Sequence record: DRR723986_19395
Direction: 5' to 3' (one strand)
DNA: 64,000 nucleotides
A program made the position numbers and the translations under genes. The notes under the pieces were generated by a model. That model ran no database searches. It saw nothing but the letters and a program-made list of their open reading frames with translations, and was not told the origin of the DNA. This document shows, piece after piece, positions 1 through 9,741 of the stretch. The first letter of the stretch is position 1, and each line of letters begins with the position of its first letter.

Positions 1-2
1 CA

Positions 3-797
3 TTTGCAAATGGAATTGGCGCATTGATTTTCTTTTTTCTATTTCTCTGGGGTTTCAATTACCAACGTACTCCTATCGTAAAGCAACTCAACCTCAGTCC
101 GCGTGCCATGAATTTGGACGAGTTGAAAAGCGAAGTGCTCATTACCCAGCGTCTAGCTCTGCAATACCGGAATGCGATCACTCGTGATACTACGGCAATT
201 GAGGAGATTCTTGCCTATCCAGATTTGGAAAAGTTAGTGAGGGCAAACATAGCTGACAACCTAGACATGATGGGCTTGAATTTCACTGGTCGTCCACGGA
301 CAAAGCTGTTTCCACCACATGGCTTTATGCGTAAGATGGGAATCTTGGGCATCTATTTTCCTTTTACCGGGGAAAGCTACATCGATCCAACCTTGCATGC
401 CTTAGAGAAGCCTTTTACAGTAGCCCACGAGATGGCACACAGCTATGGCGTTACCGATGAAGGTGAGGCCAACTTTATTGCCTGGGTAATTTGTACCAAT
501 TCTGATGACCCACTGCTTGGCTATTCAGGCCAGCTCCGATTATTGAATTATCAGATTTCGGATTTCTACCGAATGGCTCCGGAAGAGTATAAAATCTGGG
601 TGAAAACCTTGGATCCTGGAATCAGAAATGATATGATTTCCCTTCGAAAAGCAAGTGAAGCGATCAAAGCATATTCTTTAGAGTTAAGCAGAAAAACGAA
701 TGATGTGTTTCTAAAAACTCAAGGCGTAAAAGCTGGAATCAACAGTTACCAGCAATTACCTAAGTTGGCATTTGCCTGGAGAGAGCGAATGAAGTGA
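3..797 (+). CDS. DUF3810-family putative zinc metallopeptidase, 5'-truncated by the window edge
   Basis: Frame is open from position 3. It contains WGFNYQR, GIYFPFTGE and the HEMAH...EGEANF zincin-like motif typical of DUF3810. Confidence 0.8.
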   Translation, partial: FANGIGALIFFFLFLWGFNYQRTPIVKQLNLSPRAMNLDELKSEVLITQRLALQYRNAITRDTTAIEEILAYPDLEKLVRANIADNLDMMGLNFTGRPRTKLFPPHGFMRKMGILGIYFPFTGESYIDPTLHALEKPFTVAHEMAHSYGVTDEGEANFIAWVICTNSDDPLLGYSGQLRLLNYQISDFYRMAPEEYKIWVKTLDPGIRNDMISLRKASEAIKAYSLELSRKTNDVFLKTQGVKAGINSYQQLPKLAFAWRERMK

Positions 798-923
798 GGT
801 AGCGGTGTACAAAACAAGCTTCGAACTTTTCTATCTTTAGTTTGAGACATCCTTATAAAAACACTATTTTAGGAACTGTATTATTTTAATAGTTTCAAAT
901 AGCTGTTTTTAAACTTTCTATCT

Positions 924-1823
924 ATGCGCTCAATTGCATTCCTACTCATTGTATTGTTTTCCAGTCATACTACTTTCTCTCAAATCACCATAGAGACTGA
1001 GTGGAATAGCGATGGGGATATTGAGTTGTATGCGACTAATACCGAAAGATTACCCTATACTGTTTTGATCGATGTGACTGCCCACAACAATGTGCTTCCT
1101 ATTGGATCATCTGGTTTGGTAGTGGCAAGGTCTGGGAGATCCAAAGTGTCCACGTTGAAGCGGAGAACGGAAGGTCAGAGTACAAGTATTAGTTATACCT
1201 ATTCCTTCATCAAGGGAGATTACTTTGCCAAATCGCGTTCTGAGCCGTTGTATCTCATTCCACTTCCCGAAGGTACGCTAGCTTCAGGTATTCGTATGAC
1301 GCATATAGAAAATCATCTTCAGCCAGAGAAAGCCAACATGGACTATGTTGGGATATCGTTTAGGTTTGATTTGCCAACGGAGATTCTTGCGCCACGGAAA
1401 GGGATCGTTTCAGCAGTTAGCATGGAGCAATACGACGAGAAGCAAAACCTGGATTATGACAGATCCGAGAATTTCATTGAGATATTTCATGACGATGGAT
1501 CATTGACTAAAATAATGGTTTTGCGTCCGGGAAGTCAAAAAGTGAAAGTTGGACAAGAAGTGTTTCCTGGAGACGTGCTCGCTGAGTCGGCTGGGGAGGA
1601 GTATAATTCAGGTTTACATGTACGATTAGTCAATATGAAACCTATAAAAGATGAGGAGGGCAAGTTGAAGTACTTACTCGAGCCCATGAAATTCGTTTTT
1701 AAGGAAGGGCAGTCAGATTTTCCTGAAACGCAAAAAGTGGAGGTAGCTTATCCTGAAGAGATAGTCACTGCCGAAATGAATAAAAAAGAGAAGAAAACCT
1801 TTGCTGCGAAGGGTCAGGATTGA
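924..1823 (+). CDS. Secreted protein with a degenerate M23 peptidase-like (LytM) domain
   Basis: N-terminal signal peptide; ILAPRKGIV, NFIEIFHDDG and VKVGQEVFPGDVLA are M23-like segments. Confidence 0.6.
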   Translation: MRSIAFLLIVLFSSHTTFSQITIETEWNSDGDIELYATNTERLPYTVLIDVTAHNNVLPIGSSGLVVARSGRSKVSTLKRRTEGQSTSISYTYSFIKGDYFAKSRSEPLYLIPLPEGTLASGIRMTHIENHLQPEKANMDYVGISFRFDLPTEILAPRKGIVSAVSMEQYDEKQNLDYDRSENFIEIFHDDGSLTKIMVLRPGSQKVKVGQEVFPGDVLAESAGEEYNSGLHVRLVNMKPIKDEEGKLKYLLEPMKFVFKEGQSDFPETQKVEVAYPEEIVTAEMNKKEKKTFAAKGQD

Positions 1824-2725
1824 ATTATTTTCTTTCTATTACCAAACCAAACTCCAATAATTACAGCTACGATACCGATGTAGTGTCCTAGAAGTAATAC
1901 TTCTCCATCAAGTACTCCCCAGAAAATTGCCACAATTGGGATAATATATGTCACAGAAGCAGCGAAGACTGGGGTAGCTGTTTTTACCATCACATTGAAA
2001 ATAATCAATGCGATAGCAGTACCCATCACTCCCAGTAAAGTCACATATCCCAGAGCTAGCATTGCCCCATCCATATTCACTACTTTGTAGGAAAACTGTG
2101 TGCCAGCCATCAAGTAAACTAATGCCATTGGCAAGACCATCAATAAGGATATTGCAGTGATCTCAATGGGTTTTAGCTTTACAAATTTGTACTTGATGAT
2201 GTTCAGATTGAATCCATAGCAGACACAGGCCAAGAGTACGAAAAATGCGTAGGAGTTAATGTCGGTGAATGCTCCAAATCCAGAACCTTCCTTCACAGTA
2301 ACTAGGATAAATACACCGATAAAAGCGATTGCAAGCCCTATTCCATTACGTCTCGTAATTTTGGAATTAAAGAATAAAGCTCCTATGACAACTACTGCGA
2401 GAGGCGTAAGTGCATTCAGAACGCCCGTAAGTGAGCTACTGAGTTGAGTCTGTGCTTTGGCAAAAAGGAACGCAGGAATGAAGCTGCCTACCAATCCCAC
2501 AATTATGAGATTTTTGATTTGGCTTTTGTCCAGATTCCTAATCCTAGGAATGGAAAGTGGCAGGAGGAAAGTTGCCGCAGCCACAATTCTGTAAGCTCCA
2601 ACCTCTCCCGGAGAGAAAACTTCCAATCCTCGCTTGATCAAGATAAATGAGCTGCCCCAGATTAGAGACAACAGAATAAGTAAACCCCAGTTTTTGAGAT
2701 TGCTATCGTTGGTGGTAGTGGACAT
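1814..2725 (-). CDS. DMT/EamA family transporter
   Basis: LSLIWGSSFILIK motif, about 10 TM helices, two EamA repeats. Confidence 0.9.
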   Translation of the reverse strand: MSTTTNDSNLKNWGLLILLSLIWGSSFILIKRGLEVFSPGEVGAYRIVAAATFLLPLSIPRIRNLDKSQIKNLIIVGLVGSFIPAFLFAKAQTQLSSSLTGVLNALTPLAVVVIGALFFNSKITRRNGIGLAIAFIGVFILVTVKEGSGFGAFTDINSYAFFVLLACVCYGFNLNIIKYKFVKLKPIEITAISLLMVLPMALVYLMAGTQFSYKVVNMDGAMLALGYVTLLGVMGTAIALIIFNVMVKTATPVFAASVTYIIPIVAIFWGVLDGEVLLLGHYIGIVAVIIGVWFGNRKKIIQS

Positions 2726-2792
2726 TGGCTATGGCGGATATTTGTCCGCTACACAAAGGAAGCAAAACCAAAGAATATTTGTTTCGAAAAAT

Positions 2793-2885
2793 AGAGTCAG
2801 AGGGTAAAAAGTTTAAGAGACAAAAAATAGAAAAGTGGTAAGATTGAAGAGAACCTTTCAACCTAACCACTTTTCAACTTTCTCC
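2793..2885. repeat. Degenerate octamer arrays in inverted orientation forming a hairpin at the dusB 3' end
   Basis: Purine-rich 8-mers (aagtttaa, aaatagaa, aagtggta, agattgaa) are followed by pyrimidine-rich 8-mers (ctttcaac, ctaaccac, ttttcaac). aaaagtggtaagattgaa pairs imperfectly with ttcaacctaaccactttt. Confidence 0.5.
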
Positions 2886-3874
2886 TAAAAAACGTGATCT
2901 GCATAGACGTCAGAAACTTGATTTAGAATTTCGCACACATGTTCGTAAGTTTCTGCTGTTACCATTTCAGTACGATACTGTTTGAAGTTTGGCATTCCGC
3001 GAAAATAGTTGGTGTAATGTCTTCTCATTTCGAGAATCCCAAGTTTTGGGCCTTTCCACTCTACAGAGAAATCCAGATGCTTCTTTGCGACAGCAATTCT
3101 TTCGTCCAATCCAGGAGCAGCCAACTTTTCTCCAGTAGCTAAGAAATGCTTGATTTCATTGAAGATCCAGGGATATCCAATAGATGCACGGCCAATCATC
3201 ATACCGTCTACGTTGTATTTGTTTTTGTATTCCTGCGCTTTTTCAGGAGTGTCTATATCCCCATTTCCGAAAACAGGAATGTGAAGACGCGGGTTGTCTT
3301 TAACCAGATTCAAATAACTCCAATCTGCTTCGCCTTTATACATTTGAGCTCTGGTACGGGCGTGAATGCTGATTGCTTGAATTCCTACATCTTGGAGGCG
3401 TTCAGCCACTTCCACGATACGGATGGTGTTTTGATCCCAGCCGAGTCTAGTTTTCACTGTAACTGGAATGTTTACAGCTTTTACGATCTCCGCAGTCATC
3501 GAGACCATTTTGTCGATATCAAGAAGAATGCCCGCTCCAGCGCCTTTGCATGCAACTTTGTTTACTGGACAGCCATAATTGATGTCTAGAATGTCTGGTT
3601 TTGCTTCTTCTACGATTGCTGCTGCTTCACGCATGGATTCGATCTCATTTCCAAAGATTTGAATGCCAATTGGCTTTTCATAATCGAAAATGTCCAGTTT
3701 GGCCACACTCTTTGCAGCATCGCGGATCAATCCTTCCGAGCTGATAAATTCCGTGTACATTAAGTCTGCACCGTTCTGTTTACAGACTGCTCTAAACGGC
3801 GGATCGCTCACATCTTCCATTGGTGCAAGCAACAATGGGAAGTCCCCTAACTCCAAGTTTCCTATCTTAACCAC
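2885..3874 (-). CDS. dusB: tRNA-dihydrouridine synthase DusB
   Basis: LAPMEDVSD, DINYGCP, VTVKTRLGW, HARTR, GNGDI and MIGRA motifs; GTG start. Confidence 0.93.
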   Translation of the reverse strand: MVKIGNLELGDFPLLLAPMEDVSDPPFRAVCKQNGADLMYTEFISSEGLIRDAAKSVAKLDIFDYEKPIGIQIFGNEIESMREAAAIVEEAKPDILDINYGCPVNKVACKGAGAGILLDIDKMVSMTAEIVKAVNIPVTVKTRLGWDQNTIRIVEVAERLQDVGIQAISIHARTRAQMYKGEADWSYLNLVKDNPRLHIPVFGNGDIDTPEKAQEYKNKYNVDGMMIGRASIGYPWIFNEIKHFLATGEKLAAPGLDERIAVAKKHLDFSVEWKGPKLGILEMRRHYTNYFRGMPNFKQYRTEMVTAETYEHVCEILNQVSDVYADHVF

Positions 3875-3883
3875 TTCTTATTT

Positions 3884-3891
3884 TAAATTTG
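3884..3891 (+). promoter_or_regulatory. Bacteroidetes -7 promoter box (TAAATTTG) for the CPBP-DUF2007-cdsA genes
   Basis: Exact TAnnTTTG match 20 nt before the ATG at 3912. Confidence 0.55.
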
Positions 3892-3911
3892 CGCGTAAAT
3901 TTACCTCAATT

Positions 3912-4862
3912 ATGGAGATATACGAAACGGAATCAGAAATTGCCAAGAGGAAGAGTTGGCTTTTGTCCCTGGTAGTCATTGTTTTAGTGGGTTTGGGAGT
4001 ATTAGTAGTGCTTCAAGTAATTGCTTTAGCTGTTGCGCCTTTTCTATTTAACATCACTATAGAAGAGATAATGGGGCTTATGACAGGTGATTATTCCGCT
4101 AATAATGGGCGGATGGCCATGTTTTTTGTTCAAGGAATTGGTTCTGGAATTGGTTTTTGGCTGGCAGCCTATGTGATTACTCATTTTATAGATAAAGCGG
4201 ACCTGCATTGGGAAATTCAATTACCGAGATTTAATGCTAAAGGCGCGGGGTTGGTCTTTCTGATCGCAGTAGGAGGTATGCTTTTCAATGGGCTGTTAGT
4301 CTATTGGAACTCTCAATTGGTTCTTCCGGAGGCTTTTTCTGGCCTCGAGATTTGGATGCAAGAAATGGAGACCCAGTTAATGGAGATGACTAAATACCTC
4401 ACCGATTTTCAGACTATACCAGAGCTACTAATGGGTATTTTAGTCATTGGAATTCTAGCTGGAATAGGTGAAGAAATGTTTTTCAGAGGTCTTATCCAGC
4501 CAAAGATGCATTTATATACAGGGAATGGTCACGCTGGTGTATGGGTGACGGCTTTTATATTTTCAGCAATTCACCTTCAATTTTACGGGTTTCTTCCCCG
4601 TTTATTTTTAGGAGGTATGTTTGGTTACCTTTATTATTATTCCGGAAGTCTTACCTATCCTATTTTAGCCCATATTTTAAATAATACGGTGACTGTATTG
4701 ATGGTATATGCGGCTAATCAAGGAATGATAGATTTTGATATGGAGTCAACAGACACAGTGTCATATCCTGCTGCTATGATAGGATTATTGGTTCTTGTGG
4801 CTGGAATCTATTACTTTAAGAAAATAAATAAACCCAATGGAAAACTGGATCAAGGTATTTGA
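3912..4862 (+). CDS. CPBP (Abi/CAAX) family intramembrane metalloprotease
   Basis: EEMFFRG, FSAIH and HILNN motifs with multiple TM helices. Start moved to ATG 3912 to avoid overlap with dusB. Confidence 0.9.
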   Translation: MEIYETESEIAKRKSWLLSLVVIVLVGLGVLVVLQVIALAVAPFLFNITIEEIMGLMTGDYSANNGRMAMFFVQGIGSGIGFWLAAYVITHFIDKADLHWEIQLPRFNAKGAGLVFLIAVGGMLFNGLLVYWNSQLVLPEAFSGLEIWMQEMETQLMEMTKYLTDFQTIPELLMGILVIGILAGIGEEMFFRGLIQPKMHLYTGNGHAGVWVTAFIFSAIHLQFYGFLPRLFLGGMFGYLYYYSGSLTYPILAHILNNTVTVLMVYAANQGMIDFDMESTDTVSYPAAMIGLLVLVAGIYYFKKINKPNGKLDQGI

Positions 4863-5043
4863 AAGTGCTCAGCAAGTGAGAGCTGAAATCGTGAAAGGAG
4901 TATTGGAAGAGCACCAGATACAAGCTGTCGTATTGAATAAAAAGGAAACAGTATACCAGATTTTCGGCAATTATGAAGTTCATGTACAACGTGAAAATAT
5001 GATAGCGGCGAATAACCTAATTCAGAATGAGATCACGTTTTAG
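4837..5043 (+). CDS. DUF2007-family small protein
   Basis: W..VF...QVRAEIVKGVLEEHQIQAVVLNK pattern; overlaps both neighbouring genes. Confidence 0.75.
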   Translation: MENWIKVFESAQQVRAEIVKGVLEEHQIQAVVLNKKETVYQIFGNYEVHVQRENMIAANNLIQNEITF

Positions 5044-5866
5044 TATTAATAATTACAGTAATCTAGGGCAAAGAGCCATTACTGGATTGTTTGGAGCATT
5101 GGTGATAGTGGGGGGATGCATCTATTCCGAGTATACTTATTTCTTGGTGTTTGCAGGGATTCTTGGTTTTTCTCAAATGGAGTTTTATAAACTCAGTGGC
5201 CTAGATGGAATGCTGCCCTTGAAGAGTTTTGGGACATTTCTAGGCCTGATGATTTTTTGTTTAACCTTTTTGGTTGAGCAAGAGCATCTTTCCAGTAACT
5301 ATTTCTTTCTGATCTTCCCCATTGTCTCACTCACCTTTTTTATAAAGCTTTATCGTAAAACTGACAAAAAGCCTTTCACTGGTGTAGCTTTTACTTTTTT
5401 AGGTCTTTTCTATGTGGCTGTACCGTTTTCTCTGCTAAATCTTGCAGTATTCTCAGTAGATGCTACCTATAATTATGAGATCATTATTGGCTGCCTATTG
5501 ATTCTTTGGGCAAGTGATACGGGAGCATACTTTGCGGGAACAAAATTTGGTAAGACTAAGTTATTCGAACGTGTCTCGCCGAAGAAGTCTTGGGAAGGAT
5601 TTTTGGGTGGCGCATTTTCAGCAATAGGAGTCGCTTTCATCTTAACTCGGTATTTTCACGTTATTGAAGATTGGAAGTGGCTAGTCATAGCTGGGATTAT
5701 CATTATTGCAGGCACCTATGGGGATCTGATTGAGTCGCTTTTCAAGCGATCAATAGAGATCAAGGACTCAGGAAAAGGGCTTCCTGGCCATGGGGGATTT
5801 ATGGATCGTTTTGACGGATTGTTACTTTCGGCCCCTTTTATCACTGCCTTTTTGAAAATCTTCTAA
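5027..5866 (+). CDS. cdsA: Phosphatidate cytidylyltransferase
   Basis: WASDTGAYFAG, SPKKSWEG and KDSG..LPGHGGFMDRFD signature. Confidence 0.95.
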   Translation: MRSRFSINNYSNLGQRAITGLFGALVIVGGCIYSEYTYFLVFAGILGFSQMEFYKLSGLDGMLPLKSFGTFLGLMIFCLTFLVEQEHLSSNYFFLIFPIVSLTFFIKLYRKTDKKPFTGVAFTFLGLFYVAVPFSLLNLAVFSVDATYNYEIIIGCLLILWASDTGAYFAGTKFGKTKLFERVSPKKSWEGFLGGAFSAIGVAFILTRYFHVIEDWKWLVIAGIIIIAGTYGDLIESLFKRSIEIKDSGKGLPGHGGFMDRFDGLLLSAPFITAFLKIF

Positions 5867-5936
5867 TTTGAAGCCCTCTTGATTGAAAATCTGCTTAATA
5901 TTGCACCGCATTTGAATAACTAAATCAAACCCGAAT

Positions 5937-7214
5937 ATGGCTTACATTGAACCGGCTCCGATTAAGGACAAAGAAAATCCTCTGGAGTCAATGATGGAAA
6001 GATTCAACATTGCAGCTGAAAAGCTAGGCCTCTCTGACGAGGTGTACAATGTCCTGAAAAATCCAGCCAAACAAGTTATCGTATCCTTACCTATCACCAT
6101 GGACAATGGAAAGATTCAGGTCTTCGAAGGGATACGAGTAATTCACTCAAATATTCTTGGCCCAGCAAAAGGCGGTATCCGCTTCGCTCCCGATGTACAC
6201 ATCGACGAGGTGCGTGCTTTAGCGGCTTGGATGACTTGGAAATGTGCCGTAGTGGACATTCCATACGGTGGAGGCAAAGGCGGTGTGAGATGTAATCCTA
6301 GAGAAATGTCTAAGGGTGAAATCGAACGTCTTGTCAGAGCTTATACCATGGCTATGATTGATGTTTTTGGTCCGGACAAGGATATTCCAGCGCCGGATAT
6401 GGGAACTGGTCCCCGAGAAATGGCATGGCTAATGGATGAGTATTCCAAAGCAAAAGGGATGACAGTAAGTTCGGTTGTAACTGGTAAGCCTCTAGTTTTG
6501 GGAGGTTCATTGGGCAGAACTGAGGCGACAGGCCGTGGAGTGATGGTGACTGCTTTGGCAGCTATGCAAAAATTGAAAATTAATCCATTCCAAGCGACAT
6601 GCGCTGTTCAAGGCTTTGGAAATGTGGGTTCTTGGGCAGCTAGACTGTTGGAAGAAAGAGGGTTGAAAATCGTAGCAATCTCTGACCATACAGGTGCTTT
6701 TTATAATGAAAATGGGATCAATATTGTAGAGGCCATCGCTTATCGCGATTCTAATAACAATAACCTGGAAGGCTTCAAAGGCGGGGAGAAAATGCTGGAT
6801 GCCGGTGATTTGCTTACATTGGAAGTGGACGTGTTAGTTCCTGCTGCTGTAGAAGATGTGATCACTATTCACAATGTAAACGACATTAAAGCCAAGCTCA
6901 TCGTAGAAGGTGCAAATGGTCCTACGTCGGCAAAAGCTGATGCAATCATTAATGAAAAAGGCATCATGGCAGTACCTGATATCTTGGCAAATGCCGGTGG
7001 GGTGACTGTTTCTTATTTCGAATGGGTTCAAAATAGATTGGGATACAAATGGACTGCTGACCGTGTAAACAGACGCTCAGACCGTATCATGAAGGATTCC
7101 TTTGAAATGGTCTATCAAGCTTCCCAGAAGTACGATGTACCAATGAGAATAGCTGCATATATCGTTGCAATCGATAAAGTAGCGAAGACATATACATTTA
7201 GAGGAGGATTCTAA
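5937..7214 (+). CDS. gdhA: Glu/Leu/Phe/Val dehydrogenase (glutamate dehydrogenase)
   Basis: GPAKGGIR, GGGKGG, DIPAPD, QGFGNVG, EGANGP and NAGGVTVSYFEW motifs. Confidence 0.92.
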   Translation: MAYIEPAPIKDKENPLESMMERFNIAAEKLGLSDEVYNVLKNPAKQVIVSLPITMDNGKIQVFEGIRVIHSNILGPAKGGIRFAPDVHIDEVRALAAWMTWKCAVVDIPYGGGKGGVRCNPREMSKGEIERLVRAYTMAMIDVFGPDKDIPAPDMGTGPREMAWLMDEYSKAKGMTVSSVVTGKPLVLGGSLGRTEATGRGVMVTALAAMQKLKINPFQATCAVQGFGNVGSWAARLLEERGLKIVAISDHTGAFYNENGINIVEAIAYRDSNNNNLEGFKGGEKMLDAGDLLTLEVDVLVPAAVEDVITIHNVNDIKAKLIVEGANGPTSAKADAIINEKGIMAVPDILANAGGVTVSYFEWVQNRLGYKWTADRVNRRSDRIMKDSFEMVYQASQKYDVPMRIAAYIVAIDKVAKTYTFRGGF

Positions 7215-7246
7215 TACCCTTCTCTCAAAAGAATATTTTATCTTTG

Positions 7247-7274
7247 AGGCGTGGGGAGATTCCCCGCGCCTTTT
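7247..7274 (+). terminator. Intrinsic terminator after gdhA
   Basis: aggcgtgggga-gat-tccccgcgcct followed by a T run. Confidence 0.7.
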
Positions 7275-7287
7275 AGTTTATAAGCAT

Positions 7288-7950
7288 ATGACCATACACC
7301 GCGAAGGACGAGTTTTGTTATTTTGGCTACTAATTATTTTAGTTGCCGGGAATTATTTGATCATCTACTTTATGCCAGATGCTCGAGTGCTTTCTAATGT
7401 TTCTGTTTTAGGAAGTATAGTGCTTTATCTAATTATCCTCCAGTTTTTCCGTAGCCCCATCATTCAATTGCCAACCGATGAAAGCCTGGTCTATGCTCCT
7501 GTTGATGGGAAAGTGGTAGTGATTGAAGAAGCATTTGAAGATGAATATTTGAAAGAGAATCGCAGGCAGGTGTCGATCTTCATGTCTCCAATCAATGTGC
7601 ATATCACCCGATCTCCGATTAAGGGTATTGTGGAGTTTTTCCAGTATCATCCGGGGAAATATCTCGTAGCTTGGCATCCAAAATCAAGCACTGAAAATGA
7701 GCGAACTTCTATGGTAGTGACTCATGAAGGTGGTACGAAGCTCATGGTAAGACAGGTAGCTGGAGCTCTAGCTAGAAGAATCAAATGGTATGTAAAGCCA
7801 GGTTCAGAACTTGCTGCAGGCGGAGAATTTGGGTTTATTAAATTTGGCTCACGAGTGGATATTTATCTTCCACTGGATGCTGAGATCTTAGTGGGATTGG
7901 AAGAGAAAACTAAAGGTGGAAGAACTCCGATTGCGAGATTGAAAGCTTAA
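7288..7950 (+). CDS. psd: Phosphatidylserine decarboxylase proenzyme
   Basis: QFFR, APVDGKVV, IFMSPINVH, ENER and FIKFGSRVD (pyruvoyl-forming GS site). Confidence 0.93.
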   Translation: MTIHREGRVLLFWLLIILVAGNYLIIYFMPDARVLSNVSVLGSIVLYLIILQFFRSPIIQLPTDESLVYAPVDGKVVVIEEAFEDEYLKENRRQVSIFMSPINVHITRSPIKGIVEFFQYHPGKYLVAWHPKSSTENERTSMVVTHEGGTKLMVRQVAGALARRIKWYVKPGSELAAGGEFGFIKFGSRVDIYLPLDAEILVGLEEKTKGGRTPIARLKA

Positions 7951-7969
7951 TCTTTTGAGAAACTTTTAT

Positions 7970-8005
7970 AACCAAAAATGCTCCAATTAAGGAGCGTTTT
8001 TGGTT
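7970..8005. terminator. Bidirectional terminator between psd and the convergent gene
   Basis: aaccaaaaatgctcc-aattaa-ggagcgtttttggtt. Confidence 0.75.
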
Positions 8006-8479
8006 TTATGCCTTGATGACTTTTTTGTACACCACAAATCCAAGCCCTAGCGTAACCAAGAATAAAATCAGACTGATCCATTCAAAAGTTCTTTTTTCTG
8101 AGAGCTTTTCTTCGATTAATTTGTCTCTTTCTGCAACCGCTCTTTTTAACGCCTGCACATCCTTTTCCTGCTTGAAAGCAATTGCTTTGTAGTCTTCCCC
8201 TGTCTGAGTGGCTACTGTGGTTTCTATATCCCCGATCATTCTAAGTTCATCCATGATCAGGTTGTCCTTAGCGATAATGCGCTCCAGCCACTCGTTGGTT
8301 TCTATCATGTCCTTTTTGGTGCGATTTCCAAAGATACCAGACTTCTTGCTTTCAGATTCCTTCCATTGGCGGGTTAGTGCATCGCGCTCTTGAACCATTT
8401 TTTCAAGCTTTGCTTTGCCAGCTTCAGTGAATTGCGGTGTTAGTATATTTAGAAAAGTCAGGAGAACTATTAGAATCAT
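8006..8479 (-). CDS. Hypothetical exported coiled-coil protein with C-terminal TM anchor
   Basis: Hydrophobic N-terminus, coiled-coil core, C-terminal TM followed by basic residues. Confidence 0.75.
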   Translation of the reverse strand: MILIVLLTFLNILTPQFTEAGKAKLEKMVQERDALTRQWKESESKKSGIFGNRTKKDMIETNEWLERIIAKDNLIMDELRMIGDIETTVATQTGEDYKAIAFKQEKDVQALKRAVAERDKLIEEKLSEKRTFEWISLILFLVTLGLGFVVYKKVIKA

Positions 8480-8988
8480 TTTTCTTGGGATATTAATGGA
8501 CTTAAAAGTAAAGAATCAGGAAACTTGAAATTCACTTTCGTACGAATATATAAGAAAGCGAATATGAGCATGCCAACGGAGAATATAAGAATAGCGGATT
8601 CATCTTGCCAAGAAGCAAATTGCAGGGTTTTTATTTCCTGAGTTTTCTGAGCCAATGCGTTTTTTAGCTTTTGAATATCTTTTTCTTGGGAAAGTGTAAT
8701 CGCTTTGTAGTTTTCGTTTTCTGAAATAAGTGAAGCTTCGTCGATACGATTATTCAACTTCAGTTTTTGGATAATTGCATTATCTTTTTCGATGATCTGC
8801 ATTGCTAGTGCATAATTTACCGTCTGATTTGTGGGGATTTCTAACCCAAATACGACTGAGCTTTCATTTGATTCTGCTTTTAACTGCTGAATCATAGACT
8901 CTCGCTCTGTCAATAATGTGGACGTAGCATTGCTAGCGTAGATCTGAATTGGTAATAAAAATAGCCAAGTAAAAATTGCAGTTTTCAT
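8476..8988 (-). CDS. Hypothetical exported coiled-coil protein, paralog of 8006-8479
   Basis: Same architecture and shared II.KDN.I...L...YKAI...QEKD.Q.LK.A.A motif; 4-bp ATGA overlap. Confidence 0.7.
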   Translation of the reverse strand: MKTAIFTWLFLLPIQIYASNATSTLLTERESMIQQLKAESNESSVVFGLEIPTNQTVNYALAMQIIEKDNAIIQKLKLNNRIDEASLISENENYKAITLSQEKDIQKLKNALAQKTQEIKTLQFASWQDESAILIFSVGMLIFAFLYIRTKVNFKFPDSLLLSPLISQEK

Positions 8989-9057
8989 AAGAGTAGAGTT
9001 AAGATAAGGTTGGTGGTTTATCTACTTTCTTTCCAAACAGCATTCCAGTTGGCCAAC

Positions 9058-9741
9058 TTATTTTTTCCAGCCTCTCGTCATTTCCTTTTTACCAGGAGGG
9101 CCAGGAAGGGATTCAACTTCAAGTCCGAGTTCTTTCAGATCTCTCCTCAGTTGTCCTGTTGCACAGTAGGTAGTGAAGATTCCTCCAGGGTTAATGGTAT
9201 CGCAAACCTTCCCTAACACCTCTTTTTGCCACATTTCAGGCTGTTTACTTGGTGCAAACGCATCGTAGAATACTACATCTGTAGGGTAAAGGACCACGTC
9301 ATTAAGCGTAGTATTTTCTTTTTTCATATTGAAATACTCAGACATGATTACGCCTTTATCCCAATCGGCTTTGTGCAATCTTTGCAAATATGGCTTGTAG
9401 TGAAATATAGCATCGTCCATATCTCCATAATTAAGCTGGGAATAAATGTCCTCAGGTAGTGGAAATGGCTCAATGCTGTGATAGAGTACAGGTATCTGGT
9501 TTTGCTCAGCCCATACAAGTGTTAGCCAGGCATTCAGACCGGTGCCAAATCCTACCTCAAAAATGCGAAGTGGCTTTTTTCTAGGATGATTCATTACCCA
9601 TGAATCCAACCCATAAAGCATAAAAACATGAATTGATTCTTTGAAGGCACCATGAAAACTATGGTAAGTTTCTTTTAACTCTTCATTGTAAAGAGAATGA
9701 GAGCCATCCTCCGTAGTGATGATTTTTAACTTGTTGCTCAT
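9058..9741 (-). CDS. mnmD: Stand-alone tRNA mnm5s2U34 methyltransferase (MnmC methyltransferase domain)
   Basis: TEDGSHSL, ETYHS, EVGFGTGLN, YDAFAP and PGPPGKKEM motifs. Confidence 0.88.
   Translation of the reverse strand: MSNKLKIITTEDGSHSLYNEELKETYHSFHGAFKESIHVFMLYGLDSWVMNHPRKKPLRIFEVGFGTGLNAWLTLVWAEQNQIPVLYHSIEPFPLPEDIYSQLNYGDMDDAIFHYKPYLQRLHKADWDKGVIMSEYFNMKKENTTLNDVVLYPTDVVFYDAFAPSKQPEMWQKEVLGKVCDTINPGGIFTTYCATGQLRRDLKELGLEVESLPGPPGKKEMTRGWKK

Noticed and set aside
3690-3911. Long N-terminal extensions in the ORF track (also at 11617, 13737, 19259, 20894, 31474, 42419, 51090 and 58299)
   Set aside because: They overlap neighbouring genes or promoter boxes. Downstream ATGs give the family-typical N-terminus or signal peptide.
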